DNA of 64,000 nt from Somniosus microcephalus. Lineage: Eukaryota. This document shows positions 10,805 to 23,968 of the stretch, in pieces. The DNA lies in the NCBI GenBank assembly GCA_052327205.1, contig CM126209.1, positions 270,134,001 to 270,198,000 of the forward strand, written 5' to 3'. The position numbers and the translations under genes are program-made. The first letter of the stretch is position 1; every line of letters starts with the position of its first letter. Below the pieces are notes generated by a model. The model ran no database searches and was not told the DNA's origin. It saw only the letters and a list, made by a program, of their open reading frames with translations.

Positions 10805-12660
10805 GGTCACTTGGACAAGTGTGGATTAACTAAGGAAAGCCAGCACAGATTTGTTAAATACAAATCGTGTTTAACCAACTTGATCGAGTTTTTTGATGAG
10901 GTAACAGAGGGTTGATGAGGGCAATGCGGTTGACATAGGTTTTTGGAAATCCATGTACACTTTCAGCAAAGTGCCACAGAACAGGCTTGCCAGCAAAGTT
11001 GAAGCCCATGGAATAAAAGGGACAGTGGCAGCATGGGTACGGAATTGGCTAAGTGACAGGAAACAGAGAGGAGAGGTGAGCAGTTGTTTTTCGGACTGGA
11101 GGAAGGTATACAGTGGTGTTCCCCAGGGGTCGGTTCTAGGACCACTGCTTTTCTTGATATATATTAATGACTTGGATGTGGGTGTACAGGGTACAATTTC
11201 AAAATTTGCAAAACTTGGAAGCATAGTGAACAGTGAGGAGGAGAGTGATAGACTTCAGGAAGACGTATACAGGGTGTTGGTGAGGCCACACCTGGAATAC
11301 TGCGTGCAGTTTTGGTTTCCATATTTAAGAAAAGATATACTCTCAAAGCGGTTCAGAGAAGGTTCACTCGGTTGATTCCGGAGATGAGGGGGTTGACGTA
11401 TGAGGAAAGGTTGAGTAGGTTGGGACTCTACCCATTGGAGTTCAGAAAAATGAGAGGCGATCTTATCGAAACATATATAAGATTGTGAGGGGGCTTGATC
11501 GGGTGGATGCGGGGAGGATGTTTCCACTGATGGGTGAGACTAGAACTAGGGGGCATAATCTAAGAATAAGGGGCTGCCCTTTCAAAACTGAGATGAGGAG
11601 AAACTTCTTCACTCGGTAATAAATCTATGGAATTTGCTACCCCAGAGAGCTGTGGAAGCTGCGACATTAAATAAATTTAAAACGGAGATAGACAGTTTCC
11701 TAGCAGATAAGGGAATTGGGGGTTACGGGGAGAGGGCAGGGAAGTGGACGTGAGTCTAGATTCGGATCAGCCATGATCCTATTGAATGGCGGAGCAGGCC
11801 TGAGGGGCCGTATGGCCTACTCCTGCTCCTACTTCTTATGTTCTTATGTAGACAGGCTGGTGGAATGGGTGGACACGTGGCAGATGAAATTTAATGCAGA
11901 AAAGTGTGAAGTGATACATTTTGGTAGAAAGAATGAGGAGAGGACATAAAAACTAAATGGTACAATCCTAAAGGGGGTGCAGGAACAGTGAGACCTGGGG
12001 GTATATGTGCACATTTCGTTGAAGGTGGCAGGGTCGGTTGAGAAAGTGGTTAAAAAGGCATACGGGATCCTGGGCTTCATAAATAGAGGTATAGAGTACA
12101 AAAGTGTGGAAATTATGATGAACCTGTATAAAACACTGGTTCGGCCCCAACTGGAGTCTTGTGTCCAATTCTGGGCACCGCACTTTAGGAAGGATGTGAA
12201 GGCCTTCGAGAGGGTGCAGAAAAGATTTACTAGAATGGTTCCAGGGATGAGGGACTTCAGTTACGTGGATAGACTGGAGAAGCTGGGGTTGTTCTCCTTG
12301 GAGCAGAGAAGATTGAGAGGAGAATTGATCGAAGTGTTCAAAATCATGAGCGGTCTAGACAGAGTAGATAGAGAGAAACTGTTCCCACTGGCAGAAGGGT
12401 TGAGAACCAGAGGACACCGATTTAAGGTGATTGGTAAAAGCACCAAAGAAAACTTTTTTACGCAGCGAGTGGTTAGGATCTGGAATGCGCTGCCTGAAAG
12501 GGTGGTGGAGGCAGACTCGATCTTATCTTTCAAAAGGGAATTAGATAAGTGTCTGAAGAAAAAACATTTGCAGGGCTATGGGGAAAGGGCGGGGGAGTGG
12601 GACTCGCTGAGTCGGCTCGGGCCGAAAGGCCGCCGTCCGTGCTGTAACCATTCTATGATC
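10805..12660 (+). mobile_element. Decayed CR1 LINE with a second CR1 3' fragment nested at about 11270-11848
   Basis: ORFs with [41 protein letters not shown]. Two CR1 3' tails. Confidence 0.9.
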
Positions 12661-12908
12661 TATTAGCCGCATGTCCAAGTCACTAGCTACAACACCACTA
12701 GAAGGAGGAGCTTTGATGGGCTGAATGTCCTTTGCTCATTCTTCCCTTTCCCAGGCAATTTTCAATCTCTGCTATCTGGAACACAAGGATGGTATTTGGG
12801 GTTTTCATGGTAAATTTCATGTAAATCGATATCTTTTTTAATGGGGAAATAGAGAAACGTGGCTTGTGGGAAGTAAATGTCTGATCTGGTCATCATTGTA
12901 CCTGGCAG

Positions 12909-13071
12909 GAGCTGACGAAACTACGAGCCCAGCTATTGAAGGAGAAGCAGGCGGAGCAGAAATATCAAGAGCAGCGTAGCAAGGTTCAAGGCACCAGACG
13001 CTTCGATCCAGTCAAAACTTTCCAACACCCTGCGAAGGAGAATGTTGCTCCTACAACACCGCTGAAAGAAG
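12909..13071 (+). CDS. HMMR: HMMR (RHAMM) penultimate coding exon
   Basis: cag|GAG...GAAG|gtaaac, 163 nt. Encodes ELTKLRAQLLKEKQAEQKYQEQRSKVQGTRRFDPVKTFQHPAKENVAPTTPLKE, matching the vertebrate HMMR C-terminus (FDPSKAF..KEN...TPLKEG). Lies upstream of MAT2B as in other vertebrates. Confidence 0.9.
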
Positions 13072-13446
13072 GTAAACCACTGGAAAGATGTTCTCGCGGT
13101 CTTGTTGAACTTGGTTACATTTAATTGCTCTCCTGGCTTATGGGACGTTCAGATACCAGGACATTGCAGATGCATAATTAGGGTCGTAGTTTTATACATT
13201 GCCTTGACACGCAGTACTGTGAGCTGACTGGCCAGGGTTGTTCCTTGCTATAGGAGAGGGGCCTAGGCCAGCAGGTTTGCAGAACATTGGGTACGGGTGG
13301 GGTTAGGGCATTATGCAGCCTCTCTAGGTGGTGGTGCAAGTAGTAGGAGACCAGTCTCCCTGCCGACTGCTTCCTTCAGCAAGCGAGGGACAAGGTATGG
13401 CGAGGGACCCACATCGCATGTTTCCCCAGTTGCATGCATGACCTTA

Positions 13447-14620
13447 ACATAAGAAATAGGAGCAGGAGTAGGCCATTCGGCCCTTCGAGCCTGCTCCGCC
13501 ATTCAATGAGATCATGGCTGATCTTCTGCCTCAACTCCATTCACCGGCCCTATTGCCATATCCCTCGATGCCTTTACTAGTCAGAAATTTATCGACTTCT
13601 GTTTTGAATATACCCAATGACTGAGCCTCCACAGCCCTCTGGGGTAGAGAATTACAAAGATTCACCACCTTCTGTGTGAAGAAATTTCTCCTCATCTCAG
13701 TCCCTTTATCCTGAGGCTGTGACCCCTGGTTCTGGACTCCCCAGCCAAGGGAAACATTCTCCCAGCATCCACCCTATCAAGCCCTGTAATAATTTTGTAT
13801 GCTTCAATGAGATCCCCTCATTCTTCTGAATTCAAGAGAATACAGGCCTAGTTTACTCAATCTCTTCTCATACGACAGTCCCGCCATCCTAGGAATCAAT
13901 CTCGTGAACCTTCGTTGCACTCCCTCTATGGCAAGTATATCCTTCCCTAGGTAAGGAGACCAAAATTGTACACAGTACTCCAGGTGTGGTCTCACCAAGG
14001 CCCTATATAATTGGAGTAAGACTTCTTTACTCCTGTACTCAAATCCTCTTGTAATGAAGGCCAGCATACCATTTGCCTTCCTAATGGCTTGCTGCACCTG
14101 CACATTCACTTTCAGTGACTCATGTACAAGGACACCCAGGTCCCTTTGAGCATCTGCATTCCCCAATCTTTCACCATTTAGGAAATACTCTGTCTTTCTG
14201 TTTTTTCTACCAAAGTGGATAACTTCACATTTATCCACATTATATTCCATCTGCCAGAGTGCCAGCAGACTGCAGGCAAAGTGGCACTACCACACGCACA
14301 CAGAGCATCCCGGCAAACCCCCATCCCAGTAACAACGATATTTTGCCAGTTAGAGCAAGGTTAACAGACAGAAAACAGAGTAGGGATAAACGAGTCTTGT
14401 CGAGATCCCCTTGAAGCCTCTTCACAACTGACACTGCCACCTAGCTTTGTATCATCAGCACATTTGGAAATGTTACATTTAGTCCCCTCATCCAAATCAT
14501 TGATATAGATTGTGAATAGCTGGGGCCCAAGCACCAATCCTTGCGGTACCCCACTAGTCACAGCCTGCCATCCTAAAAAAGACCCGTTTATCCCTACTCT
14601 TTGTTTTCTGTCTGTTAACC
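13447..14620 (-). mobile_element. 5'-truncated CR1 LINE containing an inverted insertion
   Basis: ORFs 13804-14250 and 14361-14636 carry CR1 RT motifs. 3' tail at 13447. Very similar to the copy at 25431-26727. Confidence 0.92.
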
Positions 14621-15667
14621 TTGCTCTAACTGGCAATATATCTTTGTTACCGGGATGGGGGTTTGCCGGGATGCAATGTGTGCGTGTGGTAGTACCCCTT
14701 TGCCTGCAGTCTGCTGGCGCTCAGTGGCCAGTAGGATGTGAGCTGTGGGGTTGGGTACGTTCAGTACACAATTCTGAGCTGGTCCACTAAGGCAGAGCTT
14801 GTGTCATTTATCATCGTTCTAGGCTGTCCACCTGTTCCTGCTTTAGTTTGTGGGCAGGTCCACGAGCTACGCAGGCTCCATTATCTACTGCCCCGTGTAG
14901 GGGAGAGGTCCACCTGATATCTGGAGGCATTGTCCTAACGCATTTGAGCACAAGTTTCGTTTGAGACTGGCACAGTCCAAGGGGACTGACTGTTTGGGCA
15001 TCACTCTGGCCCAGCCTGTGTCTGCCCATGGAAAGGGGTAGGATTCTTGTATTGCCTGGTCCCTCACTCTAGGGCTATTGGTCCCAAGGACATCGAGCAC
15101 TATACAGGACTTGCAAACCAACTGGGTACAGTAGATCTTCAAACGTGCTGCAGATTTATTTTTGAATTCCAGAATAAGATGGGGCCTGATGAATGAAGTT
15201 GTTTTCCACTTAAAAGGCAAGAGGCTTTAGGAGTAAGTGAAGGCAGAAACAAACCTCTTCCTTTCAGATTCATTCCATACCCCAGCCCTGCCGAATTGTC
15301 TCCAGACCCCTTTACAGTGTCTGCTTCAGTGAGCTTCCCTGGTCCCTTATTCCACAATTCTGACTTTAAAGAGGCTGCCAGACTCCCCTTGATGTGAAAC
15401 AGTGTTGGTATTTCAGTCCTTCACCACGGTGGGTATAAGCTAACCAATCATCAGCCTGCTCAATGGGTCCATGCTGGCAGAGTGACGATTGGCCGGGTAA
15501 CTTGCTGCCTTGGGGCAGGGAGGGATTCATGTGCTTGTATCATCTCTGAACAGCCATCGATGGCTGAAGGTCCTTTCCTATCCAGTCTGTGCGGCCTGGA
15601 GCATCCAAATGATGGTTTGCATCTCATTCTAAATGGTTCAGAATTACACTTTAATTTTATTCCTAAT

Positions 15668-16060
15668 TGGCACCCCCCCCCCCTCTGGTCCACCACCTTA
15701 ACCAATCCCCCCCCGCCCCGTCCACCACCTTATCCATCCCCCCCCCCCCCCCCCCCCCCGGTCCACCACCTTAACCATTCCCCCACCCCGTCCACCACCT
15801 TAACCATCTCCCCCCCCCCCCCCCCGTCCACCACCTTAACCATTCCCCCTCCCCGTCCACCACCTTAACCATCCCCCCGCGTCCACCACCTTAACCATTC
15901 CCCCCTCCACCACCTTAACCATCCACACCCCCCCCCCCCCCCCCCGTCCACCACCTTAACCATTCCCCCACCCCACCCCCGTCCACCACCTTAACCATTC
16001 CCTCCCCCACCGTCTGCCACCTTAACCATTCCCCCCCCCCCCCCCCGGTCCACCACCTTA
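15668..16060. repeat. C-rich minisatellite (TCCACCACCTTAACCATTCCCC..) derived from the adjacent LINE
   Basis: The unit matches ggcaccccATCCACCACCTTAAACATTCACTCCC of the LINE family at 24950/29040 and runs directly into it. Confidence 0.9.
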
Positions 16061-16460
16061 AACATTCACTCCCTCCACCACCAGCGCACCGTGACTGCAG
16101 TGTGTACCATCTAGAAGATGCACTGCAGCAACTCGCCAAGGCTTCTTCGGCAGCACCTCCCAAACCTGCAATCTCTTCCACCTAGAAGGACAAGGGCAGC
16201 AGGCGCATGGGAACACCACCACCTCCAAGTTCCCCTCCAAGTCACACACTATCCTGACTTGGAAATATATCGGCCTTCCCTTCATTGTCACTGGGTCAAA
16301 ATCCTGGAACTCCCTCCCTAACAGCGCTGTGGGAGCACCTTCACCACACGGACTGCAGCGGTTCAAGAAGGCGGCTCACCACCACCTTGAAGGCAACTAG
16401 GGATGGGCAATAAATGCCGGCCTTGCCAGTGACACCCACATACGGTGAATGAGGAAAAAC
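16050..16460 (+). mobile_element. 3' fragment of a second CR1-clade LINE family
   Basis: MHCSNSPRLLRQHLPN..., same tail as 28115-29455. Confidence 0.85.
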
Positions 16461-16602
16461 CAAGTGATGCAGAGCTTGTAGTTTGGCAATGTCACCAATA
16501 CATGTTAAGGTCATCTGCTTGTTGTAATACTGCCTAGCTCAATACTTACTATAGTGTGTATGTGTAAATAGCATTTTCTGTGCGAATTACTTGTTTTTAT
16601 AG

Positions 16603-16622
16603 GGAACACAAATGTACTCTGA
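16603..16622 (+). CDS. HMMR: HMMR terminal coding exon (G-N-T-N-V-L-stop)
   Basis: ttgtttttatag|GGAACACAAATGTACTCTGA. Phase-compatible with the donor at 13071, giving ..TPLKEGNTNVL*, like human ..TPLKEGNTN. Confidence 0.85.
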
Positions 16623-17865
16623 GTTCTGCGGCTCTGAGGACCTGAAGTCTGATTGCAAGTCACCAGGCGGAGAACACCGAGTGGGATGAGATCCTGGTAA
16701 TGCTACTGTGGATCAGATGGCTGATGTTGAGACAGATTGTCGTATACCACAGGAACAAGCTTGCTCCACAGATTTTGTCATTTTCTGTTTTTTTTTTCAA
16801 ATTGGGTTAAGTCCCAAATTTTAAAATTTGCATTTATAAATAAAAATCTCTGGATTATGTAAATTAATTTGTGAATGACCCTTATCATTGTAATTTTATT
16901 CGTGAGCAATTTTTATATAACCAAATGTACATTTGGGTTAGATTGTAAATAATTCTGCAGCGTCTGTCAGTTGATGTCTGGGTAGAATAAACGGTTCTGG
17001 CTTCACAAAGCATTTGTAAAGATGAATGAGCTTCCAAGGAACTGGACTGCTAATAAAGATCGCTGATCTAAATCTATTAAAGTGTAATTCTACATTTGCC
17101 TTGCACAATAGTTCAACAGTTTCACTTAACAGTACTTTTTAGAAAGGGTAAAATTATATTGCTAAATAAGATGAGGTCTGGGGTTAAATGAGAAATTATA
17201 ATCAATTTGAGTTCTGGGATGATGTTCAATGGGTGTATGTTACTTCCATCACATGGGCTGTGTGGTTGGATAGGGGTGGGGAGGGGAAAATGAACCCTTG
17301 GATTTGGTCGGAGTGCGGATCATTATCGCACAGACTGTAGGAGGTTGCCTAATCCCAGAGCAAGCTTCACCTATGGAAGGCTGGAGCCTAATCATCAGTC
17401 TGTCACAATTAGCAAGCTCTGGAGAGCAAGATCTGCTCCTTGGTTTGACAATTCTTTCTGCAGCACCTCCTGTACAAAGTGACATTAAAACTGCTAGCCT
17501 ACTTTGGGGCAAACCAAGTGAGCAAACATCCACCACTTGTTCTGAAATGTAATCCTCAGTCATGTTCAAGCGCTTCCTTTGGGGTTTAATATTACTGTAA
17601 AAATGTAACATTTTAAGCTATGTATTTGGGTAGTGACTGTTTATGTACAAAAGATTAAATCTAGGAATAAAACTGGGCTCAATCCAATTTGAGACATCTC
17701 TGTTCTGTCATGCTCCACGCCGGAGAGAATCAACACGAGTTTATTTATAGTTAAAATTCGGTCATTCTTGTAATGTCTGCTGGTAATGCTGATAAACTAG
17801 CAGTACTAACCAGTAACTTGGTGGTGATGGTGGAAACTTCAAGTGTTTTTTAGTTAATAAAGGTG
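16623..17865 (+). terminator. HMMR 3' UTR region with several candidate polyadenylation signals
   Basis: AT-rich stretch with no recognisable repeats. AATAAA at 16839, 16986, 17052, 17666 and about 17856. The site actually used is unknown. Confidence 0.55.
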
Positions 17866-18224
17866 CTGTTGCGTTTTAAAGGTGATTGACTGTTCATTTC
17901 ACATCTCGCAGTTTTATTTTTGTCACTGGCTGTAGGGCTTGCGACTCTAGGTCTTGGTGCACACAGGCTAGTTGGAGGACCAACCATTGCACTCGGACAC
18001 TAGTGAAAAGAAAGGGGTAGAGAGAAGGGGACAGCAGAGAGATTGCAGCCCCTTCAGTGTCTAATTCTTTCAAAACTTCTGTAGTAAAGTACTGTGTAAT
18101 GATCAAACTGACAGATGACCAGTTCTGTACTCGGTTTGCAAGTCTAGTAACTGACCACAGGCCCTGTTTGAAGTGGGGGCAGGCGCCCAGAAGATTGTTT
18201 TACTCTTGGCTGTAGGTAAGTGTG

Positions 18225-18570
18225 TCTGGCTGGCTCAGTTGATGACGCTCAGCTCTGCATCAGACTGTGTTCACGGTTCACCTCTGACTCCAGGAGTTAA
18301 GCATATTCCCGAGGTTTACACTTCAGTCCAGTACTGAGGTGCGGTCCTTCAGCTGAGCTGTTGAGGTCTGCCTGCCCAGAATGAAATGTGAACATTCCCA
18401 GTGACCTGGCCAATGTTTGTCCATCAACCAACAGAACAGATGAATTTATTATTTATCCTATTGCTGTTTCCTGTGTGCAAAACTGTGACTGCACCTCAAA
18501 TATCATTTATTGGCTGTAAGCACTTTGGGAAATCCCACAGCCCTGAGAGACACTATAAATGCAAGTTTTT
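18225..18570 (+). mobile_element. Old, diverged Deu-domain SINE (SacSINE1-like)
   Basis: tRNA-like head (GGCTCAGTTG..GGTTCA), cagtactgagg core, tail ttggctgtaagcactttggga..ataaatgcaagt, similar to 45070-45386. Confidence 0.6.
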
Positions 18571-18699
18571 CCAGTCATAGTTGGGCAGAAACTGCGACGA
18601 GAGCTTTGATAACAAACTAGATAACCTTCCCATCCTATCTACAACAAAAATGGTACATCTGCATTTCTTGTCTCACATTTTTCCTTTCCATTCTGCAGT

Positions 18700-20085
18700 T
18701 TGTCACGCTTGTAATTTTATGCTTTCATCTACAATGCCGCCTATCTGTGTCATCGGCAAATTTGGATATATGACTTTCTATCTCATCATCTAAGTCGTTA
18801 ATAAATATGGTGAATAGTTGAGGCTCCAACACAGATCCCTGCGGGACACCACTAGTCACATCCTGCCAGTTTGAGTACCTGCCCATTATCCCTACTCTCT
18901 GTCTCCTGCTGCTCAGCCAATTTCCCAACCAGGTCAATAATTTACCCTCAATTCCGTGGGCTTCTACCTTAGTTAACAGTCTCTTATGTGGGACTTTATC
19001 AAACACCTTCTGGAAGTCCATATAAATAACATCCATAGACATTCCCCTGTCCACTACTTTAGCCACCTCAAAATTCAATCAGGTTTGTCGGGTGTGACCT
19101 GCCTTTCACATGCTGGCTCTCTGAACACCTCTCAAATTTTCAGTTGATCAGTCACCCTATCCTTAATTATAGACTAGTAATTTCCTGACAACAGATAGAG
19201 TCATAGTTATACAGCACAGAAAGAGGCCCTTTGGCCCATCGTGTCCACGCCAGCCATCAAGTCCTGTCTAATCTAATCCCATTTTCCAGCACTTGGTCCG
19301 TAGCCTTGTATGCTATGGCGTTTCAAGTGCTCATCTAAATGCTTCTTGAATGTTGTGAGGGTTCCTGCCTCTACCACCCTTTCAGGCAGTGAGTTCAAGA
19401 TTCCAACCACCCTCTGGGTGAAAAGGTTTTTCCTCAAATCCCCTCTAAACCTCCTGCCCCTTACCCTGAATCTATGCCCCCTGGTTATTGACCCCTCTAC
19501 TAAGGTGAAAAGTTCCTTTCTATCTACCCTATCTATGCCCCTCATAATTTTGTACACCTCAATCAGGTCCCCCCTCGGCCTTCTCTGCTCCAAGGAAAAC
19601 AACCCCAGCCTGTCCAGTCTTTCTTCATAGCTGAAGCACTCCAGCCCAGGTAACGTTAGGCTAACTGGTCTATAATTCCCTGGTTTCCCTCTGGCCATTC
19701 TTAAATAGCGGAGTGACATGCACAATTTTCCGATCTCGAGGAACGGCTCCTGAATCGAGAGAACTTTGGAAGATTATAGTTCGGGCATCTGCAATGTGCT
19801 CACCTACTTCCTTTAAAACCCTGGGGTGGAAACCATCTGGTCCTGGGGATTTGTCACTCTTTAGTGCCATTATTTTCTTCATTACTGTTAATTTTATTGA
19901 GTCCCTGTCACTGATTTAATATTAGTTTCCTTGGGATCTCTTCCTCTACTGTACTGATGCAAAGTAATTATTCAACATGTCCACCATTTCCTTATTATCA
20001 TTGACAATATCACCACTTTCAGTTTTTAAAGGGCCAACATTGCTCCTGACTACCCTCTTTTTCCTAATATTATAAAAATTCTTTG
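18700..20085 (-). mobile_element. CR1 LINE fragment with a nested CR1 3' end (about 19197-19650)
   Basis: ORFs 18725-19078, 19273-19725 and 19670-19882 carry CR1 motifs. Confidence 0.88.
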
Positions 20086-20435
20086 TGCTCCCCCAGGATG
20101 TTGATGGTGGGGGATTCGGCGATGGTAATGCCATTGTCATAACAAGAAACCAGCGGGAGATATACGCTCCTGGGAGTTGTGGGCTAGATTGTAGTTTAGA
20201 CACACTTCTGCGAGTGCAAATTTAAATCATTCCCTTCCAAAAGTACACCAAGTTTTGTCCTTCCCACAATAGATTTTGTTGCAGTAAAGGCGGGTAAATG
20301 GAGTTGAGGTTAACCACGATCTAATTGAATGGCAGAATAGACCCAAGGGGTTCAATGATGACTCCTGTTCCTACAATTTGTCATTCAAATTACACGGAGA
20401 ATCGTGAATCGTTGCAGTTCTTGGTTTCTATACCG

Positions 20436-21047
20436 TATCTCTCTGGTGAAGAAGGCCCAGCAGCACCTATATTTCCTAAGGAGGCTGAAGGGATGTAACC
20501 TGTCACCCCTGATCCTCTCTAACTTTTACCGCTGCACAATAGAGAGCATCCTGACAAACTGTATCACAGTATGGTGTGGCAGCTGTAGCTACTATGACCG
20601 GAAAGCCCTGCAGCGGGTAGTCAAAACTGCCCAACGCATTTCCGGCACCCGGCTACCGACCATAGAGCACATATACCAGAAACGCTGTTTACGGAGGTCA
20701 TGGTCCATCATCAAAGACCCTACCCACCCCAGCCACAGTCTGTTCGCCCTCCTGCCATCTGGGAGACGCCACAGATGCATTCGCACCCGTACGGCCAGAT
20801 TTAGGAACAGCTTCTTTCCCAGGGCTGTCATCCTACTGAACTCCACAAATAAACTCTAAAGCCTGCACATCTGCCAATGCACTTTATTATGGTTATGTTT
20901 ATGTTAATGTATTACAAGCCAAATGTATGTTGAATGTTTAAATGTCTTAATCTAAATGTACACTCTCGGGAGCCGCAAGCCGACATTTCGCTGTACTGCA
21001 CTTGTGCACTAACAATGACAATAAAGTGGATTTGATTTTTTTGATTT
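20436..21047 (+). mobile_element. Rex1/Babar LINE 3' fragment
   Basis: KKAQQHLYFLRRL..FYRCTIESILT..DPTHPSHSLFALLPSGRR..FRNSFFPRAV. Tail aatgacaataaag..gattt. Confidence 0.88.
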
Positions 21048-21610
21048 GTTCTATGTTCCCTTGGGTGTTAAGCATAGGAGACCACGCCATTCAAAGCTCC
21101 TACTTCGAGCACAATAACACTCCCATCATGGCATCTAATTGTATTTCAAATATCCCCAGTGTTTTTGCCTTGGTTACCTTACATGTCCGACTCCAGCCTT
21201 TTCACATTTTGAAAGGAAAAACTACATTCATATGATGCCTCCTCACACCTTTCAGAAACTGCTCAAAGCACATTATCACTCTACCACAGAAGGCTGTGGA
21301 GGCCAAGTCACTGAATATATTTAAGAAGGAGATAGATTTCTAGACACAAAAGGCATCAAGGGGTATGGGGAGAGAGCGGGAATATGGCATTGAGATAGAG
21401 GATCAGTCATGATATTGAATGGCGGAGCAGGCTCGAATGGCCGACTTCTGCTCCTATTTTTCTTTGTTTCTATTACTTTGGAGTACAGTGATTGGGGCAC
21501 CAACCAGACCTGAACATCTTCCAACTTATTAACGTAAATTAGATTTTGAGTGTGCTATAAATTATGCCAAGCTTCATTTGTGCCACAATCTCAAACGGCC
21601 CTCAATAGTT

Positions 21611-21798
21611 ATAATAGCAAAATACTGCGGATGCTGGAAATCTGAAATAACAACAGAAAATACTGGAAATACTCAGCAGGCCAGGCAGCATCTGTGGAGA
21701 GAGAAACAGAGTTAACGTTTCAGGTCTGGGACCCTTCATCAGTTCTGATGAAGGGTCCCAGACCTGAAACGTTAACTCTTTCTCTCTCCACAGATGGT
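21611..21798. mobile_element. Penelope-like pLTR-derived mini-insertion with a 108-bp palindrome
   Basis: Shares sequence with the GIY-YIG-bearing copy at 60382-60960. Flanked by direct repeat CCCTCAATAGTT (21599-21610, 21799-21810). Confidence 0.88.
21741..21777 (+). ncRNA. Minimal type I hammerhead ribozyme motif
   Basis: AGTT-CTGATGA-[AGGGTC CCA GACCT]-GAAAC-GTT-AACT: both core boxes, stem II hairpin, stem I AGTT/AACT, palindromic AACGTT at stem III as in Penelope-associated dimeric hammerheads. Confidence 0.7.
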
Positions 21799-22874
21799 CC
21801 CTCAATAGTTTCCTGGAGAGTTGGCTGTTTGATGACATCCAGCCCGTTAATAGTTTGACTTCGAACCTCCGTTCTCTGTTGCTCTATCTCCGTCATCTCT
21901 TGCAAGCCTAGAGGAAACCTGTTTCTCCCACTGCTTCTACATCCAGCAGATAGTGCTCTCTCTCTCTGGCTTGTTTTTGTAATGAAGACCCCCACTTTAT
22001 GAACAGGTTGTAGGCCTGACTGGGGTGGGGTGGGGTGGGGGTCCACTCGAATCAGGTGCAATCACATTGCTGGATCTCACTCCAGTATTTACAGGCCAAA
22101 TCTCTGGCGGTCTCACCAGGAACACTTGGCTCCCATCACATGCAAGTTCTCCGTTAGATGTCAACCCGTTATTCAGAGACTGGAACCCTCGTCTCTGCTC
22201 GCTGGGGCTGTCTGAGTTGGGGCTTGAACCCATAACCACTTGACTCCGAAGCTTACCAGTGAGCCAAGCCTCACTCCCCAGTCTCCATAGTCAAAGACAT
22301 TTTCAAATGAATGAAGCTGCTTAAGCCCCCTTCAACAGGTGCACCAAATGAGAGGCTAAGATCACACACAGTAAGTATAGGAGAGCACTCCAGCTACAGA
22401 GACTCCCGAAGCTTCTGTGCTTTGATGTGTAGGAACATTGGATTAAGCTCAATGACTTGGATTCAGACACTCAATGCAATTCGGTCAAATTATGCGGGTG
22501 ATAAACTAGGAGGGATAGTAAAATCGATGGAGGCAGCTCAGAAATGGCAGCACACATTGCTGTGAGTGAGCAGAGCAATAGCAGGTGAAGAGAGGAAAAT
22601 GAGTGACACGCACAGAAATGGATGGCGCTGAAATAACTGAGGATAAAGTTGAAAGAGACCAAAGAGTCTCCGTAGACTCAAGCTCAACATGTCCAATCAA
22701 CGAATGGCAGCAACCAACCGAGCCAATGGACTGTTGAGTGACAAGTCCTGGTCAAACGGTACCGTGCTCTGGTCAGACGGCACTGGAAGTGCTGTGCCTT
22801 GTCCTGGTCAAGGAGATACTCGAGCACTGGAGGCAGTGCAGAGAAGAGCCACGAGGCTGATCCTCAGTGTTGAA

Positions 22875-23968
22875 TCATAGAATGGTTACAGCACAGAGGG
22901 AGGCCATTCGGCCCGTCGAGCCCGTGCCGGCTCCCTGCAAGAGCACTTCAACTAGTCCCACTCCCCCGCCCTTTCCCCACAGCCCTGCAATGTGTTTTTC
23001 CTTCAGGTATTTATCCAATTCCCTTTTGAAAGTGCATTCCAGACCATAACCACTCACTGCATAAAAAAGTTTTTCCTCATGTCGCCTTTTATTCTTCTGC
23101 CAATCACCTTAAATCTGTGTCCTCTGGTTCTCGACCCTTCTGCCAGTGGGAACAGTTTCTCTCTCTCTACTCTGTCTAGACCCCTCATGATTTTGAACAT
23201 CTCTATCAAATCTCCTCTCAATCTTCTCTGCTCCAAGGAGAACAGCCCCAGCTTCTCCAGTCTATCAATGTAACTGAGGTCCCTCATCCCTGGAACCATT
23301 CTAGTGAATCTTTTCTGCACCTTCTCTGAGGCCTTCACATCCTTCCTAAAGTGCAGTGCCCAGAATTGGACACAATACTCCAGTTGAGGCCGAGCCAGTG
23401 TTTTATAAAGGTTCATCATAACTTCCTTGCTTTTGTACTCTGTACCTCTATTTATGAAGCCCAGGATCCCGGAAGCTTCTTTAACCACTTTCTCAACCTG
23501 CCCTGCCACCTTCAGTGATTTGTGCACATATACCCCCAGGTCTCTCTGTTCATGCACCCCCTTTAGGATTGTACCCTTTAGTTTATATTTCCTCTCCTCG
23601 TTCTTCCTATCAGAATGTATCACTTCACACTTTTCTGCGTTAAATTTCATCTGCCACGTGTCCGCCCATTTCACCAGCCTGTCTATGTCTTCCTGAAGTC
23701 TATCACTCTCCTCCTCACTGTTCACTGTACTTCCAAGTTTTGTGTCATCTGTAAATTTTGAAATTGTGCCCTGTACACCCAAGTCCAAGTCATTAATATA
23801 TATCAAGAAAAGCAGTGGTCCTAGTATCGACGACTGGGGAACCCCACTGTGTACCTTCCTCCAGTCCGATAAACAACCATTCACCACTACTCTCTGTTTC
23901 CTGTCACTTAGCCAATTCCGTATCCATGCTGCCACTGTCCCTTTTATTCCATGGGCTTCAACTTTGAT
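22875..23968 (-). mobile_element. 5'-truncated CR1 LINE
   Basis: ORF 23054-24106 with GVPQSSILGP, KFTDD, EYCVQFW. 3' tail at 22875. Confidence 0.92.

Noticed and set aside
17249-17611. Short ORFs downstream of HMMR
   Set aside because: No recognisable motifs, and they lie in the probable 3' UTR or flank.
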